IMG/VR virus record: IMGVR_UViG_3300025276_000023
Location: 32,001-96,000 of that record
Direction: 5' to 3' (one strand)
Length of the DNA: 64,000 nt
Origin: a virus
Part shown: one piece after another, positions 1-9,761 of the stretch
Layout: every line of letters begins with the position of its first letter
Position numbering within the stretch: the first letter of the stretch is position 1
Notes under the pieces: model-generated
The model's input: the letters and a program-made list of their open reading frames with translations, nothing else
Told to the model about the DNA's origin: nothing
Databases searched by the model: none
Translations under genes and position numbers: made by a program

Positions 1-513
1 TAACTCAAGATAAAGTTTAACTGTATTTTGACAGGCCGTTAGTTTTTCAACGACTCCGTTTGCTGCGGTTGCTTCTCTGATAAGGAATCGAGAAGTTTCT
101 GTAGGAAGATAGGTTGTTCTGTTTCCATCATCGCAGGACTGGGGAGTGGTAGATATAGCGGTTCCTGTTTCAATGGGGTCTCCCTCACCGATGTTGACTC
201 GCAACCTAAAATTGTCAGACTCAAGACCGTCAATAGCAGACTCATACTTTTCTTGCTGTTCATTTATTCTCTCCTGATATTGTTTAGTTAACAGTTCACT
301 TGCAGTTATACCTGCTTGGCGTTCTTGTGCAAGGTCATTCTTTAATTTAAGTATCGCATCTTCTTTTTCTGAAACCATTTGGTTGTATTTTAAAAGAAGT
401 TTATCTTTCATGGTACTGGCACCGTGATTATAAATCAGCGTAGTGTATATACCAAGTACCACTAGCGTGATAATAGATATGGCCAGACGACTGCTGAGAA
501 AGGACTTTATCAT
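1..513 (-). CDS. rz: Inner-membrane spanin (Rz-like), 3' end runs off the window
   Basis: Not in the ORF track. Translated by hand from ATG 513: MIKSFLSSRLAISIITLVVLGIYTTLIYNHG (TM), then coiled coil, then RLRVNI..CDDG..LTACQ. Open to position 1 and fully contains the lipoprotein ORF 39..263. Confidence 0.8.
   Translation of the reverse strand, partial: MIKSFLSSRLAISIITLVVLGIYTTLIYNHGASTMKDKLLLKYNQMVSEKEDAILKLKNDLAQERQAGITASELLTKQYQERINEQQEKYESAIDGLESDNFRLRVNIGEGDPIETGTAISTTPQSCDDGNRTTYLPTETSRFLIREATAANGVVEKLTACQNTVKLYLEL
39..263 (-). CDS. rz1: Outer-membrane spanin lipoprotein (Rz1-like), embedded in rz
   Basis: Signal peptide II with lipobox ILG-C, Pro-rich mature part (PLYLPLPSPAMM), GGAG RBS, nested in a different frame of the Rz-like ORF. 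Confidence 0.8.
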   Translation of the reverse strand: MNSKKSMSLLLTVLSLTILGCESTSVRETPLKQEPLYLPLPSPAMMETEQPIFLQKLLDSLSEKQPQQTESLKN

Positions 514-514
514 T

Positions 515-1711
515 CTATTCTCCGTGGATTAAGTATTCGTAGAGGTGTTCAGTGTCGATTCTATCAACTGGCTTCTTAACCATTTTAACTGTTTTCTGCA
601 ATTTCCATCTGCTATCAGACAAACGATAATCTTCTAATAGACAAGTTGTGCTATATGCTATCGTATTTGCATTGTCTTCTTTTCTGTAGATATGCTTTAT
701 TATCTGACCAGTGGCATTTAGTATTGGATTGTTTAACTTAGTCCCTATAAAGGCGATGTTAGTATTTGCCATGTTTTCTAACTTACGCTTTCTCACATAA
801 ACAGTTTGTCTGTTGATATAGCCAGCAAATGTATGTGGTAGATCCATTACACGTTTAAACGTATCGTCCGATAATAATTCTTTAACTGAATAAATATCGT
901 TATCGCCAATTGTCAAGCCTACATCTTCTGGTTTTATGATACCGTCCGCAATGGCACGTAGAATACGTTCACCAATGTTGTCTATATCTATTTCGATATA
1001 TCTATCTGCCACTAGCTTTATAGATTGACTATTTTCAGTTAATATGAACAATTGCCCCAAGATTACAATAAACGGAGTAATTCCTTTAGTCACTTCCTTA
1101 CCTAAACGATAGTAGCATGTGCCGTCTGATATGTTCGATACATTCTCCGATGTAACGTCCGTCAGTGCAATCCCGCCTAAGTTAGTGAAATCTAAAACAT
1201 CTAAATCTAACATACCTCCTTTTAAATAAGAACGGTTAGCTCCTAACAGATATAGATAGTCTGTATTGCTAAGTTGTCTGTGTATATATCCGTTTACGCT
1301 GAACAGTGCATTGTTAGCCACTTCCTGAGCAATGTCAGGTAATCTCATTGCAATGTCATCAAACAGCTCAATGGGACGTTTGTCTTCAATTGAACCGGTT
1401 GCATTGGTAGGTATTAGTAAATGCATTGCAGTGCTTAGGTTTTGTTGTTTAACGGTCTTAGTAGTGACAAGCTCTGGATCAGCAACTGTATCATAACCGT
1501 CATAGGTTCTATCCGCCATCCATTCATAAAAAGGAATATCTAACTCAGTTAAGTTAGGTAATTTCTTAAGGTTGAGATAACGATGGTCTTTACCAATTAA
1601 TACCTGAAACATACATACATCGTACTGGTACAAATCCTTTAAAGACGTCCCTACGCTAATCGTATAGAATTCATTTTCTTTAGGGTCGATTACGTGAATT
1701 GCTAATAACAT
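515..1711 (-). CDS. Hypothetical protein, probably a phiKZ-like virion structural protein
   Basis: Long ORF; start moved from 1819 to ATG 1711 (AGGAAG RBS, removes the overlap with the 1758 gene); adjacent to the tail-fibre cluster. Confidence 0.6.
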   Translation of the reverse strand: MLLAIHVIDPKENEFYTISVGTSLKDLYQYDVCMFQVLIGKDHRYLNLKKLPNLTELDIPFYEWMADRTYDGYDTVADPELVTTKTVKQQNLSTAMHLLIPTNATGSIEDKRPIELFDDIAMRLPDIAQEVANNALFSVNGYIHRQLSNTDYLYLLGANRSYLKGGMLDLDVLDFTNLGGIALTDVTSENVSNISDGTCYYRLGKEVTKGITPFIVILGQLFILTENSQSIKLVADRYIEIDIDNIGERILRAIADGIIKPEDVGLTIGDNDIYSVKELLSDDTFKRVMDLPHTFAGYINRQTVYVRKRKLENMANTNIAFIGTKLNNPILNATGQIIKHIYRKEDNANTIAYSTTCLLEDYRLSDSRWKLQKTVKMVKKPVDRIDTEHLYEYLIHGE

Positions 1712-1757
1712 ATTTTTACTTCCTGATTTTATGACAATTTGAATATAAGGCATCGTT

Positions 1758-3554
1758 ATGAACGACTTACTGATAATATATCCATACGACCCTAACGGTA
1801 CAATTTCTGTAAACTTCATTAAAGAAGAAAAGCATAAATTAACAGCGTCACAGGGTTTGGATTACGCGTTCTTGAATTTACGTAAAGGACCTTTCCATGA
1901 GAAAGATTTATCAATCGTAGATCAAAGAACTCGAAAGAAATTAATATTGAATGAAGATTATAAATTAACCCTTCCATTCATCAATGATGGTACTAGAAAA
2001 GAGTGCTTTAGAATTGTTGAGATTCTAAATAAATCTTACTTCGATTCCATCTTACTTGTAGATTATCGCACGCTAGGTTCTGATCTTGTTTTCGATGAAC
2101 TTGAAATAATACAATACCTAGCTACGAGAGAAATCAGTCCAAGAGAAATACTTTGGAGTGAGATTGTAGAGAAACCAGGTCGCTACGATGTAGAAGAACA
2201 TTTACACCACATCAAAGACTTTTTTGGCATGAATGAACTAGTCACTGCTTTAACTAACCGAGTAGAGTTAGTTAAGGTTCAGTATCAGGATTTAGTCGAC
2301 AGTGTGAATAATCACATTTTAGAACCTAACGCTCATAACATAACTTTAATCGATCTAAGATTACAGCGTTTAGCGAATCTTTTTCCTTCTGAATTATCTT
2401 ACTTTGCTAAAAGTAGACTGACTATAGTAGAGAAGCTCTCATACTTAACACCTCGCGTTTTAAATGATTTCCTTGACCAAACGTACCTTAAAATAGAAGA
2501 GCTTGTTAAAGTACATCTAGAAGGTCCACGACAAGTAACGCAAGCTTCTGTTGCCACATGGAGAATTACAAACTTCGATTCGTTTAGCCGTTATTTAATA
2601 GAGTCAACTGCTGGAACGTTTACTAGAACTGATGAGTTCATCTACGGTGAGTTTTATGTTACAGATTCTTTAGGTAAGAAAACATTTACTGTTTTAAAAA
2701 ATGATATACCTACTGAGTTTGAAATAGACATTAAAGAAGCAGGTATTGAAGCACCTATAATTGCAGGCATAACAAATAATGCTAAAGGAGTATCTCTATC
2801 TGCTAAGTTTAACTCTACTCCTATTAGAACAGTTCCAGTTAATAAAGATGCGCTGAAAGAATGTATCTATCAAATATCGACTGAACCTACTTTTTCAGAC
2901 ATTATTTTCTTCAGTACAGTTACTTCAACAGACGACGTTCAGACAGCTAAATTGAATAAGTTAAGTACCTACTATATAAGATGTAGACACGTAGGTACTA
3001 TCTACAGTTCTCAGTGGAGTCCTACCGTTAAGTTCACTACCATCGACATTGTCGCACCGTCAGTTGTTTTCAATCCTAGAACTACCATCTTATCAGGCGG
3101 TAGATTAGCACATGATTTTGTGGCAGGTGCCAGTATCTTTAGTGAATATGCAAATGAAAGAATTATATCGGGGATAGAATATAAATTAATGTTGTCTGTA
3201 CCTAATTCAACTCAGCGACCAGTAGTCGCTTACAGCGGTGTTAAAGCAATTGATTTTTCAGATATAGTTAAGTCGATGGCGTGGACTCCTCTGTCTTCTT
3301 CCGAGAATGGGGACTATGGACAATATGGACCAGGTGGGTACAATACGGAAAATAAACATTTTAAAGCAAGTACGTTTTATGAACTCGTCTGTAGGATTCG
3401 TCTGGGTAACGATGACTGGTCAGATTGGTCAGATCCTAGGTCTATTAAAACATCGCTGGTTACTAATAAAGTAATTCAAGAATCAGAAACAATAGGTGAG
3501 GGCGACGGTGCATATCTTCGCTATTACGATAAAGAAATTCAAATTTACAGCTAA
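1758..3554 (+). CDS. Virion structural / tail-fibre family protein (YPYDPxG N-terminus) with FN3/Ig-like C-terminal domains
   Basis: YPYDPNG start motif, HLHHIKD motif, one NPH-like repeat, FN3-like YYIRCRH..SQWS and WSDWS motifs; paralogous to 3565 and 5303. Confidence 0.7.
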   Translation: MNDLLIIYPYDPNGTISVNFIKEEKHKLTASQGLDYAFLNLRKGPFHEKDLSIVDQRTRKKLILNEDYKLTLPFINDGTRKECFRIVEILNKSYFDSILLVDYRTLGSDLVFDELEIIQYLATREISPREILWSEIVEKPGRYDVEEHLHHIKDFFGMNELVTALTNRVELVKVQYQDLVDSVNNHILEPNAHNITLIDLRLQRLANLFPSELSYFAKSRLTIVEKLSYLTPRVLNDFLDQTYLKIEELVKVHLEGPRQVTQASVATWRITNFDSFSRYLIESTAGTFTRTDEFIYGEFYVTDSLGKKTFTVLKNDIPTEFEIDIKEAGIEAPIIAGITNNAKGVSLSAKFNSTPIRTVPVNKDALKECIYQISTEPTFSDIIFFSTVTSTDDVQTAKLNKLSTYYIRCRHVGTIYSSQWSPTVKFTTIDIVAPSVVFNPRTTILSGGRLAHDFVAGASIFSEYANERIISGIEYKLMLSVPNSTQRPVVAYSGVKAIDFSDIVKSMAWTPLSSSENGDYGQYGPGGYNTENKHFKASTFYELVCRIRLGNDDWSDWSDPRSIKTSLVTNKVIQESETIGEGDGAYLRYYDKEIQIYS

Positions 3555-3564
3555 GAGGTGACGA

Positions 3565-5232
3565 ATGGCTACTGTATATCCTTACGATATAAACGCTTCG
3601 CTCGATTCAAACAGAATCGTAAATGAAATACAAACATTTCCAAGTGCAAGCGCTAAAGGGTTCAGCGTAATAGCGCCTAAGCTTGCGCCGTTTCATAAAA
3701 AGACGTTTGAACTAAAATTAACAAACGGTACTAAACTTATTCCTAATGTAGATTATGAATTTGGCTGGTACTACGATGGACTTTCTAACCGTGCTGATGC
3801 GCCTGAAATATTTATGGTCATCGTACTTAAGAACGTGTCTTACATAGCTCAGAATGTTGTACTGGCTTACCATACCGTTGGTGCTGAGTTTACTATGGAA
3901 AACGCTGCATGGCAAGACTTTGCTCGGTCACAGCCAGTTAATCCAATTGATTCGGTATGGGATGTACTTGACGACCGTCCAGGTTTATATTCTACAGACC
4001 CTAACCTAGTACTAATGAAAGATGCTGTTGGTTGGGACAGATTCATTTCAGTTACCAAAGAACTGGTTGATGAAGGTACGTTGGTACATAATCGCATTCG
4101 CCGAATGATCGATCTTCATGTAAACAATGAAGTAAATGCGCATGACATCGACGTCGGACGTTTAGGTCTAGATCGTTTCTTATCATTAAAGAAAGCAACG
4201 TTAGCTACTCTAATACAAGGTACCGATTCAAATCAGTATCTTGGAGTGATTGAAACCCGCGCTTTCCTTAAAGAACGTTACGTAGAACTTGGTAAGGCAG
4301 CAGTAATAAATTTAATCGGCCCAACAGTAGCATATCAAGGCTCTAGTGCCAGCTGGGTTATTTCAGATTACGATTCGTTTAGCACATATGAAGTTTCTGC
4401 TAGTTTCTTAGACATAACTTTGAGAGACTCTAATATTGTCACCACCGTAAAGGACGAAGCTCCTATAGGTAAGTCTATAATGACCATCTATAAAAACGGC
4501 GCACCTAGACTCTTTGAGATCAATATTTTAGGTATCGGTATCGGCCAACCTTCTATTATCGGCATAATGGACAATGAAAGCAATGTAAGTCCATTAGTAT
4601 CAGTTAATACATCTAGTTTCTTTACAGAACCTACTGGTGCAGATACATTTGCCAATGTTCAATATGAAATATCAAGAACAGAAACGTTCTCTGATATCAT
4701 CTTTAGTTTCACGAGCAATTCGACAGGCAGTGTAACGACCGACCTTCCGGATAGAACCCGTCTCTATGCTCGTGCTAAACATATAGGTAAATCAAACAGA
4801 TCGTCTGCATGGTCTCCTGTCATTTCATTCATTACTGGTGATAGACCAATTAAGGTAACTAAGCCAGTGAGAGCATCCATTGGTTGGCAAGATAGAGTTA
4901 CTATATTTACTGATCAAACAACGGGCAAGAAGAGCAATGCACAAGTTGAAATGGCAATACGCGTTTCTTCATTGTCTCAAATGTCTGATGAGACACTGTT
5001 CTTGGAAGTTACAGATGATTCACAAACACGTACCGTCAGTAACAGAGCGTATAGCGGTGCGGTGGCTAGTAACCAGTCACTCATCCTATTCTCCTTCACG
5101 GTACTCGATCATTTACGAGGTCCTCGTGAGGCGACCTTTAAAGCTCGTTACGGTAGAGATGTGGACGGTGTCATTACATATGGCGATTGGTCGTATGATT
5201 ATAACATGGATACCATTAGCTACATGGATTAA
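3565..5232 (+). CDS. Virion structural / tail-fibre family protein, paralog of 1758
   Basis: YPYD start; shared W.I..(F/Y)DSFS.Y and FSDIIF..Y.R..H.G..S.WSP blocks with 1758; GAGG RBS. Confidence 0.7.
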   Translation: MATVYPYDINASLDSNRIVNEIQTFPSASAKGFSVIAPKLAPFHKKTFELKLTNGTKLIPNVDYEFGWYYDGLSNRADAPEIFMVIVLKNVSYIAQNVVLAYHTVGAEFTMENAAWQDFARSQPVNPIDSVWDVLDDRPGLYSTDPNLVLMKDAVGWDRFISVTKELVDEGTLVHNRIRRMIDLHVNNEVNAHDIDVGRLGLDRFLSLKKATLATLIQGTDSNQYLGVIETRAFLKERYVELGKAAVINLIGPTVAYQGSSASWVISDYDSFSTYEVSASFLDITLRDSNIVTTVKDEAPIGKSIMTIYKNGAPRLFEINILGIGIGQPSIIGIMDNESNVSPLVSVNTSSFFTEPTGADTFANVQYEISRTETFSDIIFSFTSNSTGSVTTDLPDRTRLYARAKHIGKSNRSSAWSPVISFITGDRPIKVTKPVRASIGWQDRVTIFTDQTTGKKSNAQVEMAIRVSSLSQMSDETLFLEVTDDSQTRTVSNRAYSGAVASNQSLILFSFTVLDHLRGPREATFKARYGRDVDGVITYGDWSYDYNMDTISYMD

Positions 5233-5302
5233 CATAAATAGGAAGCACGGACGCTTCCTAAATCGTATGAAATAAAGATTATATTCAACCTGAGGAAATG
5301 AC

Positions 5303-6622
5303 ATGAGTGAAGCTTATAATTATCCCTATGACCCAACTGGGGCTAAGGTGTCTAATTTAGTCAAAGATTTTCCTATTACTTTAGATAGAACTAAGGCAAG
5401 AGCATTTGCTTTATCTGGTCCATTTTACGGAAAAACATTAAAAGTTCGTAATACACTTAATCAATCTATTGTTTTAGAAGAAAATAAAGATTACCGATTA
5501 CTATATATACATGAAGAATTGTTTGGTATTACAGACGGTCCTGTATTCAGCATTGTTCATTTTTACAACAGTGAAATTAACGGTGAGTACCTAGCCGATT
5601 TCCAAATGTTAGGCGGTAACAACCAAGGTAACGCGTCTATAATCGATCAGATGATTAATAACATCGAAAACGATTCACGTGATGTTTACCTAGAAAACAT
5701 TATTGATTTCCCATCGGTTCTTCCACCAGAGGGACATTTACATCACATATCTAATACCTACGGGTATGAAAATGCAATTGATGTATTTAAACAAATACTT
5801 GCATATCTACGTGCGGCGGATGTTGACTTAGGCTTAAATATCACTAACCAAGTCAACGGCATTAATGATAAGTACAATTACTTAATACAGTTAATTTCAG
5901 ATCTTGAACAAACCGGTGATGATTCAACTCAGTCAGTTAGCGAAACTATTTTAGATTTACAAGAAGCAATAACTGACCTTACTGAACGCGTCGCTACACT
6001 TGAGCGTGACACTGTTAACTTTAAAACAGTTACTAATTCTACCTTAGATAAGTTTAATTCAGAAATAAAAGCTAACCGCGATAACCTAGCTACCTTTATA
6101 GGTACTACTAACTCGGCTATAGAGAGAATCGATGCTGTACTGGAAGTCTTTGCAAAGCAGTTCAGTGATCTGAACAAAGACCTTGCCAATATCTTAATTA
6201 CGCTAGATCAACATTCTAGTACGTTCACTAACCATCAAGAACAGATAAATGCTCTAAAATTAAAAATAGAACAGAATGTACAGGCCATGGATGCTCTAGG
6301 TCAGCGCATAGATGAGAACGAACAGAAATCACTATTAGTTACCTGGCTTCTAGATAAAGCAACGGTACTCCCTTTGACGCATAGCCATTTCGTAGCAAGG
6401 CACCGAGGGAACCATACACTTCCGGATCTAACGGCAACACCTACTGGTCATACTATTCGAATAATGAAACATGTGGGCATCGATCCTATTTTCGTTGTTA
6501 AGAAAACAAGTAGCGAAAGAATCCAATATCTAGGTCAAACTGATACCTCTGTAAAATTAACAGATGTCTATTCAATGACTTTCGTTAAATTATCATCCAC
6601 TATCTGGGGACTATACGTATGA
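5303..6622 (+). CDS. Tail-fibre family protein with central coiled coil
   Basis: YPYDPTG start, GHLHHI motif, long heptad region, small C-terminal beta domain (TLP..GHTIRI..W). Confidence 0.7.
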   Translation: MSEAYNYPYDPTGAKVSNLVKDFPITLDRTKARAFALSGPFYGKTLKVRNTLNQSIVLEENKDYRLLYIHEELFGITDGPVFSIVHFYNSEINGEYLADFQMLGGNNQGNASIIDQMINNIENDSRDVYLENIIDFPSVLPPEGHLHHISNTYGYENAIDVFKQILAYLRAADVDLGLNITNQVNGINDKYNYLIQLISDLEQTGDDSTQSVSETILDLQEAITDLTERVATLERDTVNFKTVTNSTLDKFNSEIKANRDNLATFIGTTNSAIERIDAVLEVFAKQFSDLNKDLANILITLDQHSSTFTNHQEQINALKLKIEQNVQAMDALGQRIDENEQKSLLVTWLLDKATVLPLTHSHFVARHRGNHTLPDLTATPTGHTIRIMKHVGIDPIFVVKKTSSERIQYLGQTDTSVKLTDVYSMTFVKLSSTIWGLYV

Positions 6623-7707
6623 TTACTGTTAGCGATTTACCAGGGCTAGCCAAACACTTAGAGGCTAGAGACCCGCACGACCTAGGAAAGGGCGATGTTG
6701 ATTTAGAAAACGTACAGAACTTCGCACTTGCTTCCACTGCCGAAGCTAGGGCTGGTTCTAGCAATACGAAGTACATGACTCCACTGCTTACAAAGTATGC
6801 AATCGAAGAGCTAACAAGTGAAGAAGGTCTTGCTAATCACCTTAAAGCTTCTAACCCGCACAACATCTCTAAGAGCACCATTGGTCTAGATAAAGTACAA
6901 AACTATACCATGTCCAATGCAGTGGAAGCTAGAGCGGGGACACGCAACGATGTTTACATGACTCCCCAACGTGTTAAAGAAGCGTTTGAAGCTTTAGTGG
7001 ATACAGATGCGCTGGATAACCACCTTAAAGCTTCTAACCCGCACAGCATAACTAAGACAACCGTTGGGTTATCTGATGTACAAAATTATGCTGTGGCGTC
7101 GACCAGTGAAGCTCAAGCAGGTACTCGTACTGATCGATATATGACGCCTCAACGTGTTAAAGATGCTATTGGTGCTTTAGTAGACACTGATAAAATAGAT
7201 AACCACCTTAAAGCCTCTAACCCGCATGGCATAACTAAGACAACCGTTAAGTTATCTAATGTGCAAGACTATCCTATGGCCACACAAAACGACGCTACGA
7301 ACGGCACTAGAACGGATCGTTACATGTCTCCTAAGAGAGTCGTTCAGGCGGTTGAAAAGTACATTAATTCTAATAAGGAACCGGCAGAGAAACCTTGGAC
7401 ATTATTGAGGAGTGGTACAGAGTCAGGTTCTTTTTTCTCATCTGTTGACTTGCGAGGGAAGGAGGTTTGTTTCATCTCAAGCGATGTGAGTAACATTGAT
7501 GAAATTGCAGTCGTCAAAGGTTTCATACCTCTTGTTTCAGGGTTCTCCAATGATCTGCAATGTTATTTTGCAAATGGTTATAGCGACATCGAATATCGTT
7601 ATTCTGATCGTAGGATAAGTACCAATGGAGACCTTGGAAATAGACAAGTCTGGTATCGAGAAGCTAGTGAAAACGCTTACCCTCCTATGGGAACTATAAA
7701 AGCTTAA
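6619..7707 (+). CDS. Tail-fibre protein with four 61-aa repeats and a distinct C-terminal domain
   Basis: Repeats HLKASNPHxIxKxxVGLxxVQNY..EAxAGxxxxxYMTP typical of phage fibres; ATGA overlap with the upstream gene. Confidence 0.75.
   Translation: MITVSDLPGLAKHLEARDPHDLGKGDVDLENVQNFALASTAEARAGSSNTKYMTPLLTKYAIEELTSEEGLANHLKASNPHNISKSTIGLDKVQNYTMSNAVEARAGTRNDVYMTPQRVKEAFEALVDTDALDNHLKASNPHSITKTTVGLSDVQNYAVASTSEAQAGTRTDRYMTPQRVKDAIGALVDTDKIDNHLKASNPHGITKTTVKLSNVQDYPMATQNDATNGTRTDRYMSPKRVVQAVEKYINSNKEPAEKPWTLLRSGTESGSFFSSVDLRGKEVCFISSDVSNIDEIAVVKGFIPLVSGFSNDLQCYFANGYSDIEYRYSDRRISTNGDLGNRQVWYREASENAYPPMGTIKA
6655..7365 (+). repeat. Four tandem 183-bp coding repeats
   Basis: CACCTTAAAGC(T/C)TCTAACCCGCA at 6838, 7021 and 7204, with a diverged copy at 6655; exact 183-nt period. 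Confidence 0.9.
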
Positions 7708-7740
7708 TTGGTGAACCATTTATTCACAAAAGGAACATGA

Positions 7741-8361
7741 ATGCAGTTATATAAAATCAAACCTTCTGAATTGGCAGTACAGGTCATTAAAGAATGTACT
7801 GCTGTTGAAGCGGGCTGGGTCAACCACAAGGATGATCTAGGTAAAGAAACAGCTCACGGCATTACTTACGCTACATCGCGTGACCATGAGTTACTATGGC
7901 CTTTATATAACTGGGATGGTGATATGAAAACCCTTCCAGTTGAATTGGCTTATCACATCTACTACATTAGTTGGTGGCGTAAGATGAAACTAGATAGAGT
8001 TGCAATATACTCTCCTAGCCTTGCCCGTTTAATGTTTGACTTCGGCGTAAACGCTGGTCGTACTACGTGTATTAGAGAACTGCAAAGAATTCTAACAGTG
8101 CACAATCGTAAAGGTGAGTTATACGCTGACCTTGAACCAGATGGTTATATCGGCGGTTTAACGTTAACTGCTGTTGAAGAATATCTACAACAGAACTATC
8201 CAAAGCAGAAAGAGAAGTTATTGTTTCACATGCACAGTGCCCGTGACTATCACTACCTCTCAATCTCATTGGAACGTGAAGATAATGAATCATTTACCAA
8301 TGGTTGGAGCGACCGTGCTTACAACATGGCTAATCAAGATTCTAAGATAATGTTTCCATAA
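7741..8361 (+). CDS. Endolysin, glycoside hydrolase family 108 with C-terminal peptidoglycan-binding domain
   Basis: EAGWVNHKDDLGKETAHGIT matches EGGYVNHPxDxGGxTxxGIT; also FDFGVNAG, LQ..DGYIG..TL and FTNGW..R. Confidence 0.88.
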   Translation: MQLYKIKPSELAVQVIKECTAVEAGWVNHKDDLGKETAHGITYATSRDHELLWPLYNWDGDMKTLPVELAYHIYYISWWRKMKLDRVAIYSPSLARLMFDFGVNAGRTTCIRELQRILTVHNRKGELYADLEPDGYIGGLTLTAVEEYLQQNYPKQKEKLLFHMHSARDYHYLSISLEREDNESFTNGWSDRAYNMANQDSKIMFP

Positions 8362-8362
8362 T

Positions 8363-8404
8363 AAACATAGCTGGAGGGACTTGTTCCCTCCTCTATGCAT
8401 GTTT
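8363..8404 (+). terminator. Hairpin terminator with CATA..TATG flanks
   Basis: CATAG-CT-GGAGGGA cttgt TCCCTCC-T-CTATG directly after the endolysin stop. Confidence 0.7.
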
Positions 8405-8446
8405 ATGCAAAATGATATGATGTAGTTTAAAAGGGAGGAAAAGGAG

Positions 8447-8917
8447 ATGGCACATGAGACTAACATTCAAACGTTAGACGCCATGGTACCACAACTATTT
8501 AGAAGTCTATTTAGAACAAGTCATTATAATCATGTTATCGGAGAACCCTCTGGTAGAGTGCTTAATTTAAATATGATTTTAATAGAAGATGATGCGTCTA
8601 GTACAGATGCATTGTACTACATACGCCCGTTAGGAAAGACGGTCAGAATGATGGACTATTCTATAAATTTAGTTATAGGAGAAGAGTATGTAAAGCACAA
8701 TAAAGCAAAACGTATATATCCAGAAGATCTCTCTTACCATATACGTAGAAAATTTGATTTCATGAAAGAGTCGTGCTTCGATTACCTTATGGAGTTATTC
8801 AGTCAATACGCTCAACGTAATGCTTACCAGTGTGAGTTGTATGCTAGTTCTAGTTCAATCATTGTAACGTCATGTGAGATGACCCTCGTCGTTAAGAATA
8901 AGTCCATCGCAGATTAG
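8447..8917 (+). CDS. Hypothetical protein
   Basis: 156-aa ORF with GGAGG/AAGGAG upstream. Confidence 0.65.
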   Translation: MAHETNIQTLDAMVPQLFRSLFRTSHYNHVIGEPSGRVLNLNMILIEDDASSTDALYYIRPLGKTVRMMDYSINLVIGEEYVKHNKAKRIYPEDLSYHIRRKFDFMKESCFDYLMELFSQYAQRNAYQCELYASSSSIIVTSCEMTLVVKNKSIAD

Positions 8918-8933
8918 CAATCAAAGTTTATTG

Positions 8934-8958
8934 AAAACTATATCATTAACAGGATAAC
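8934..8958 (+). promoter_or_regulatory. Putative phage early promoter
   Basis: AAAACTATATCATTAACAGGA matches the recurring intergenic TATATnnT motif. Confidence 0.5.
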
Positions 8959-8991
8959 AATAAACTAAACACTGCGAACTAAGGACTACTA

Positions 8992-9348
8992 ATGAACTCA
9001 GAACAAATTAAAGTGCAACTCACACTTTTTTGCGAAATGTATGATCTAAAGCCAACTGATTTCCTAATCAAAGGCGAAGCTAACTGGACTCTACGTGGAG
9101 AGATATTCACAACAGATGAAATAGAGTTAGTGGCTAGTAAGAAAACAATTGATAAGATGTTTAAAGAGCACGGTACTCTTCGTCGCTTTGAAACATTTTC
9201 TTCTCCACCAGTTAAAGCATGTAAAAGCATTTACTTCACTGGACTTACAATTGAAGTAGGTACAGTTAAAGACTTTAGTACAGAAGATGGTATTCAATTA
9301 CTATTGACTAAAGAAGAAGAAATTCAAATGGGAATGACATCATGGTAG
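8992..9348 (+). CDS. Hypothetical protein, degenerate nucleotidyltransferase-like N-terminus
   Basis: FLIKGEANWTLRG..TTDEIEL resembles GGxAxxxxG..TxDID; similar to 12901; AAGGA RBS. Confidence 0.55.
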   Translation: MNSEQIKVQLTLFCEMYDLKPTDFLIKGEANWTLRGEIFTTDEIELVASKKTIDKMFKEHGTLRRFETFSSPPVKACKSIYFTGLTIEVGTVKDFSTEDGIQLLLTKEEEIQMGMTSW

Positions 9349-9752
9349 ATAGACCTAGTTTTAGACATGAATTGAAAGAAGCAGATTCTTTTCAGTTCAT
9401 TTTATTATTCAGCCCTTACGGTAGAGACGGAAGTGAGTTCCGTCTTCTATGTCCCGATTCAACATTTAATTTACATACTCGTGATGGTCAATACGGTTTC
9501 TCAATAGCTAGAACGTTGAGGTTACACATCGACTCAATGAAAGAACTAGATGTCGATACAGAGGCTCTAGAATCGTTTCTAAGAGGAGATATTGATAACG
9601 TTACTCAATCCTTCTCTAAACACATTTCACACTGTCACGGCTTCTATGGGAGCGGCGACAGTAACTATGAAGACGTACCTAAGTTTCTCAATGAACATTA
9701 CGGTACAAAACTCAATGAAGAACTTGATGTTACTTCACTAATCATACTCTAA
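9342..9752 (+). CDS. Hypothetical protein
   Basis: 136-aa ORF overlapping the upstream stop. Confidence 0.6.
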   Translation: MVDRPSFRHELKEADSFQFILLFSPYGRDGSEFRLLCPDSTFNLHTRDGQYGFSIARTLRLHIDSMKELDVDTEALESFLRGDIDNVTQSFSKHISHCHGFYGSGDSNYEDVPKFLNEHYGTKLNEELDVTSLIIL

Positions 9753-9761
9753 GGATTCACA

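Noticed and set aside
1712-1819. N-terminal extension of ORF 515..1819
   Set aside because: Overlaps the divergent 1758 gene; a better RBS precedes ATG 1711.
3718-6189. Short alternative-frame and antisense ORFs (3718, 3867, 4880, 5113, 5929)
   Set aside because: Lie within or across long tail genes, no convincing RBS or motif; shadow ORFs.
6655-7365. Periodic repeat considered as a CRISPR array
   Set aside because: 183-nt in-frame coding repeats whose intervening sequences are homologous; no cas genes.
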